The position numbers and the translations under genes were made by a program. Below the pieces are notes generated by a model. That model made no database searches. It was not told the DNA's origin and saw only the letters and a list, made by a program, of their open reading frames with translations. A stretch of DNA of 64,000 nt from Actinomycetes bacterium (GTDB taxonomy: Bacteria; Actinomycetota; Actinomycetes; S36-B12; UBA5976), in the NCBI GenBank assembly GCA_038145175.1, contig JAYQPE010000003.1, forward strand, positions 11,440-75,439. Reading direction: 5' to 3'. Shown in pieces: positions 60,861 through 64,000 of the stretch; position 1 is the stretch's first letter; each line of letters starts with the position of its first letter.

Positions 60861-62233
60861 CACCTGTTTGGTCACAATTAGCTAATCTTGGAGCAGCACT
60901 TGCTTTTATTTTTGCACTAAAAGCTCTTTCATCTCCAAAAACTGCAAGACTTGGAAATAGAGTTGGTGCACTAGGTGCCATTGCTGCTGTGGCAATTGTT
61001 TTCTTTTCTGAAAGTAATTTGAAACATTTAAATTGGATTCTCATTGCAGTTGCACTAGGAACTATTTTTGGTTTTTTTGCAGCACGCAAAGTGCAAATGA
61101 CTCAGATGCCACAAATGGTTGCACTTTTCAATGGGGTTGGTGGCGGTGCTGCGATGGCAGTTTCTGTAATCGAATTTTTAAATGCTGGACAGGAAGAAAG
61201 TTTTATAGCTTTACTTGCCACAGTGTTTACGGTAGTTGTTGGTTCCGTTTCATTTACTGGTTCTATTGTTACCTTCTTAAAGCTTCAAGAGCTAATGACT
61301 TCTCGCCCAGTTGTTTTGCCATTTGGTAGAACGATCACAATTGGAACTGCAGTTGCTACTTTATTTTTCTCCATCTATCTATTAGTTTTCCCAGAAATTT
61401 GGGCCTTATGGATTCTGGTGGTCTTATCTTTAATTTTGGGTGTGCTGTTTGTTCTTCCAGTAGGTGGCGCAGATGTACCTATAGTTATAAGTTTGTTAAA
61501 CGCATTTACAGGGCTTTCAGTTGCCGCAAGTGGTTATGTTCTAGACAATGTTTTACTTTTAGTTGCAGGAACTTTAGTCGGTGCCTCTGGAACTTTATTA
61601 ACTCAATTAATGGCAAAAGCGATGGGTCGACCTTTAACTTCAACTTTATTTGGAGCATTTACTGCAACTGCAAGTTCGCAAGCCGCTGCTGCAAGTGATC
61701 GCCCAGTAAAAAGTGCTGGACCAAGTGATATTGCCATCATGCTTACTTATGCATCAAAAGTAATTATTGTTCCCGGTTATGGTCTAGCGGTTGCTCAAGC
61801 ACAACAAACATTGCGTGAATTAGTTGATTTATTAATTTCAAAAGGTGTTGAAGTCGAATATGCAATTCATCCTGTTGCAGGAAGAATGCCTGGACATATG
61901 AATGTTTTACTTGCCGAAGCAGATGTTCCATATGAGCAATTGAAAGAAATGGATGAAATTAATTCTGAATTTGCAAACACTTCAGTTGCTGTTGTTGTTG
62001 GTGCAAATGACGTAGTAAATCCTGCAGCCAGAACAGATTCAACTTCACCAATATTTGGTATGCCAATATTAAATGCCGACCAGGCAGAACAAATTGTCTT
62101 TATGAAACGATCTATGCGTCCAGGCTTTGCCGGGGTAGAAAACGAATTATTGTTTAACGAAAAAACAACTTTACTTTTTGGTGATGCCAAAGATTCTCTA
62201 GCTAAAGTTGTAGCTGCAGTAAAGACCATGTAA
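60857..62233 (+). CDS. pntB: NAD(P) transhydrogenase subunit beta
   Basis: 458 aa. Multi-TM N-terminal half and a dIII NADP(H) domain (IIVPGYGLAVAQAQ, HPVAGRMPGHMNVLLAEA, GANDVVNPAA). Confidence 0.93.
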   Translation: MTPVWSQLANLGAALAFIFALKALSSPKTARLGNRVGALGAIAAVAIVFFSESNLKHLNWILIAVALGTIFGFFAARKVQMTQMPQMVALFNGVGGGAAMAVSVIEFLNAGQEESFIALLATVFTVVVGSVSFTGSIVTFLKLQELMTSRPVVLPFGRTITIGTAVATLFFSIYLLVFPEIWALWILVVLSLILGVLFVLPVGGADVPIVISLLNAFTGLSVAASGYVLDNVLLLVAGTLVGASGTLLTQLMAKAMGRPLTSTLFGAFTATASSQAAAASDRPVKSAGPSDIAIMLTYASKVIIVPGYGLAVAQAQQTLRELVDLLISKGVEVEYAIHPVAGRMPGHMNVLLAEADVPYEQLKEMDEINSEFANTSVAVVVGANDVVNPAARTDSTSPIFGMPILNADQAEQIVFMKRSMRPGFAGVENELLFNEKTTLLFGDAKDSLAKVVAAVKTM

Positions 62234-62262
62234 ATGTTTAAATTTATTAATTAATTCTTATA

Positions 62263-63186
62263 ATGACAGATGATAAACAAGTTCCTGTAAAAGTTGTAGA
62301 TATCGGGAAATCGCTTCCCTTGCATGTTTCCCCTAGTCAACTTTCAAATTTTGATCGTTGTAACTTGGCATATTGGTTCTCCTCAGTTGCAGGCTGGCGA
62401 GAACCTACAACACTTGCTCAAATTATTGGCACACTTGTTCATAATGTTTTAGAAAATTTCTTAAAAATTAATCAAGAAAATAGAACCAAGGATGCTGCCT
62501 GGAATCTGTTAAGAGAAAATGGCGAAGAAATTATCAATATTAATTCTAAATGGTTAAAAGAAGATGACATAACTACTTTAAAAGATAAAAGTGCAGAGTC
62601 TTTAAAGGGTTATTTTGATTTAGAAGATCCAACCAAAATAAAGATCAGTCTAGAAGACTTAGAAAGACCAATTTCAGCCATTTTTGATTCTGTGAAACTC
62701 TACGGTCGTCTTGACCGAATAACAAGAGATGGTTTAGTAAAAATTACTGACTATAAAACCAGTAAAAAACCAGCTCCTCAATATTTATCGGATTCATTAA
62801 GACAAGTAATGCTTTATGCTGCAGGACTTCAAGAAAGTGGAATCAAAGTAGATGAAGTTGAACTTATTTATTTGCCAGGTAGAGATCGAGTAAATCGTCC
62901 AACCTATAAATCTGCAATCGATCGAGCCGTTCATCACCTTGTGACCTCCCGAAAAAAGATGGAAAAATCTTTAGAAAAGTTAACTTGGAATGCTAATCCT
63001 GGCACAATTTGTAAATCTTGTGCTTTTCTTAAAGTATGTCCTGCGAAAAATACTTCTGCTTCAATTCCTGGCAGTGATGAATCTGATGAGGTGCTACAGA
63101 TACTTAATCTAGAAAAAAGAGACCGAAATAAAACAAAAAATCAAAATAATGGTATGGACATGCTTCCATTTGGAGAAGAAAATTAA
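62263..63186 (+). CDS. PD-(D/E)XK nuclease, RecB/Cas4-like, with four-cysteine (probable 4Fe-4S) cluster
   Basis: 307 aa. Ordered motifs are SPSQLSNFDRC, GTLVHNVLE, GRLDRI, ITDYKTSK, QVMLYAAG and C-terminal CKSCAFLKVC. Confidence 0.7.
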   Translation: MTDDKQVPVKVVDIGKSLPLHVSPSQLSNFDRCNLAYWFSSVAGWREPTTLAQIIGTLVHNVLENFLKINQENRTKDAAWNLLRENGEEIININSKWLKEDDITTLKDKSAESLKGYFDLEDPTKIKISLEDLERPISAIFDSVKLYGRLDRITRDGLVKITDYKTSKKPAPQYLSDSLRQVMLYAAGLQESGIKVDEVELIYLPGRDRVNRPTYKSAIDRAVHHLVTSRKKMEKSLEKLTWNANPGTICKSCAFLKVCPAKNTSASIPGSDESDEVLQILNLEKRDRNKTKNQNNGMDMLPFGEEN

Positions 63187-64000
63187 TGACTTACCAAATT
63201 GAAGATAATTGGAAACCTGGCTTTGAATATAAAAAATCAGGGTTTTTAAGGATTAGTGCTACCCAAATTTCTGCTGACAACGATAAAGCTTGTCTTGATT
63301 TTATTTCCTTGAAATCAAGACCTAGTGCAAAAATTACTGATGGCTATGTACCTGTTAGATATCTAGATTTTGAGAATTTTCCACTAGGCATAGTTAGAGA
63401 AGCTTTGATTTTAGGAATTAACCAAGGATTTCTTACTAAAGAAGATTTTGAGGCAGAGGAATTAGCAAAACAACTGTTAGCTGAAATTATCAGCCAAAGT
63501 CAAAGACGAATTGAAAAATCCCACGAACTATGGGCCAATCAAGCTCTAATCGGCTATCTGAAAGCATTTGAAAAAGCCAAAAAAATTGATGATGAAAACG
63601 GAATTAAATTTACTGAATTAGAACTCATACAAGCTTTCGATATAGATGATAAACAACATGTTGAATGGTTTTCTTGGGGAATATTTTTAACAAATCAAGA
63701 TAACTCTGTAAGGGAATTTAGATTATTAAAGTATTCAAAAGCTGGATTAAGTATTCCTAATGAAGTAAAACTTGGAGTTGCACTTCGTATTTTGACTGAC
63801 GGAGTCTCCCATAGCGAATCAAAATGGAATATTGAAAGAGAACCCGTTTCGAAATTAAATGAAAACCTTAAAAGAGTAAGAATTAGAGAAGTAGGTTGTT
63901 TAGATCAAAGTGTAGCTTTAATCGTTGACACAAATCCAAATGAAGCAAGACATTGGTTTGAAGAAAAAACTCTTAAGGTAGTTAAAGTAAGAATTAATGG
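63186..64000 (+). CDS. Hypothetical protein, N-terminal 271 codons (continues beyond window end)
   Basis: The ATG overlaps the upstream TAA (TAATG at 63184..63188). I translated the frame by hand to position 64000 without meeting a stop (MTYQIEDNWKPGFEYKK...KVVKVRING). It is not in the ORF track because no stop lies in the window. I recognise no family. Confidence 0.5.
   Translation, partial: MTYQIEDNWKPGFEYKKSGFLRISATQISADNDKACLDFISLKSRPSAKITDGYVPVRYLDFENFPLGIVREALILGINQGFLTKEDFEAEELAKQLLAEIISQSQRRIEKSHELWANQALIGYLKAFEKAKKIDDENGIKFTELELIQAFDIDDKQHVEWFSWGIFLTNQDNSVREFRLLKYSKAGLSIPNEVKLGVALRILTDGVSHSESKWNIEREPVSKLNENLKRVRIREVGCLDQSVALIVDTNPNEARHWFEEKTLKVVKVRIN

Noticed and set aside
1-64000. 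Searched by eye for CRISPR repeats, tRNA/rRNA genes, transposase, integrase or phage genes, toxin-antitoxin pairs and long direct or inverted repeats.
   Set aside because: None found. Every gap longer than 50 nt was inspected and is too short or lacks the conserved cores (for example no GGTTCGAATCC-like T-arm). A tRNAscan or Infernal run and a self-dot-plot would be the definitive checks.

Overview
AT-rich, very densely packed chromosomal backbone. G+C is roughly in the high 30s % judged from sampled lines, not computed over the window. Gene order is clearly actinobacterial: pheST / rplT-rpmI-infC; hisGE; ribH-ribBA-ribE-ribD-rpe-fmt-def-priA-metK-coaBC-rpoZ-gmk-mihF; pyrF-pyrD-pyrK-carBA-pyrC-pyrB-pyrR; pyk-gltDB; lgt-trpABC-trpE-hisI; hisFAHBD; dnaE-rluD-lspA / ileS; divIVA-yggT-sepF-yggS-pgeF-ftsZ; pntAA-AB-B. 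Low G+C combined with this synteny suggests a genome-streamlined aquatic actinobacterium; that is inference only. I support 64 CDS: two run off the window edges and were absent from the ORF track, and five have revised starts. I also call one PyrR-binding RNA site and two weak promoter candidates. I saw no rRNA, tRNA, CRISPR array, transposase, integrase or long repeat. Almost all of the window is ordinary core metabolism and cell division, and I found no clear novel system inside it. The best candidate for something undescribed is at the 3' end (62.26-64.0 kb), where housekeeping synteny stops. There a Cas4/RecB-like Fe-S PD-(D/E)XK nuclease is translationally coupled to an unassignable ORF that is cut off by the window edge. 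Other points worth a second look: a RibBA whose DHBP-synthase half has lost its catalytic motifs; an ATC-initiated infC; a PyrR hairpin that occludes the pyrR ribosome-binding site; an overlapping hisI-trpE junction in a his-trp supraoperon; a small HGxxPAAW membrane protein inside the trp operon; ftsZ detached from ftsQ and the dcw cluster; recurrent TANNNT-N6-ATG (leaderless-type) configurations; and convergent genes that overlap at their 3' ends.
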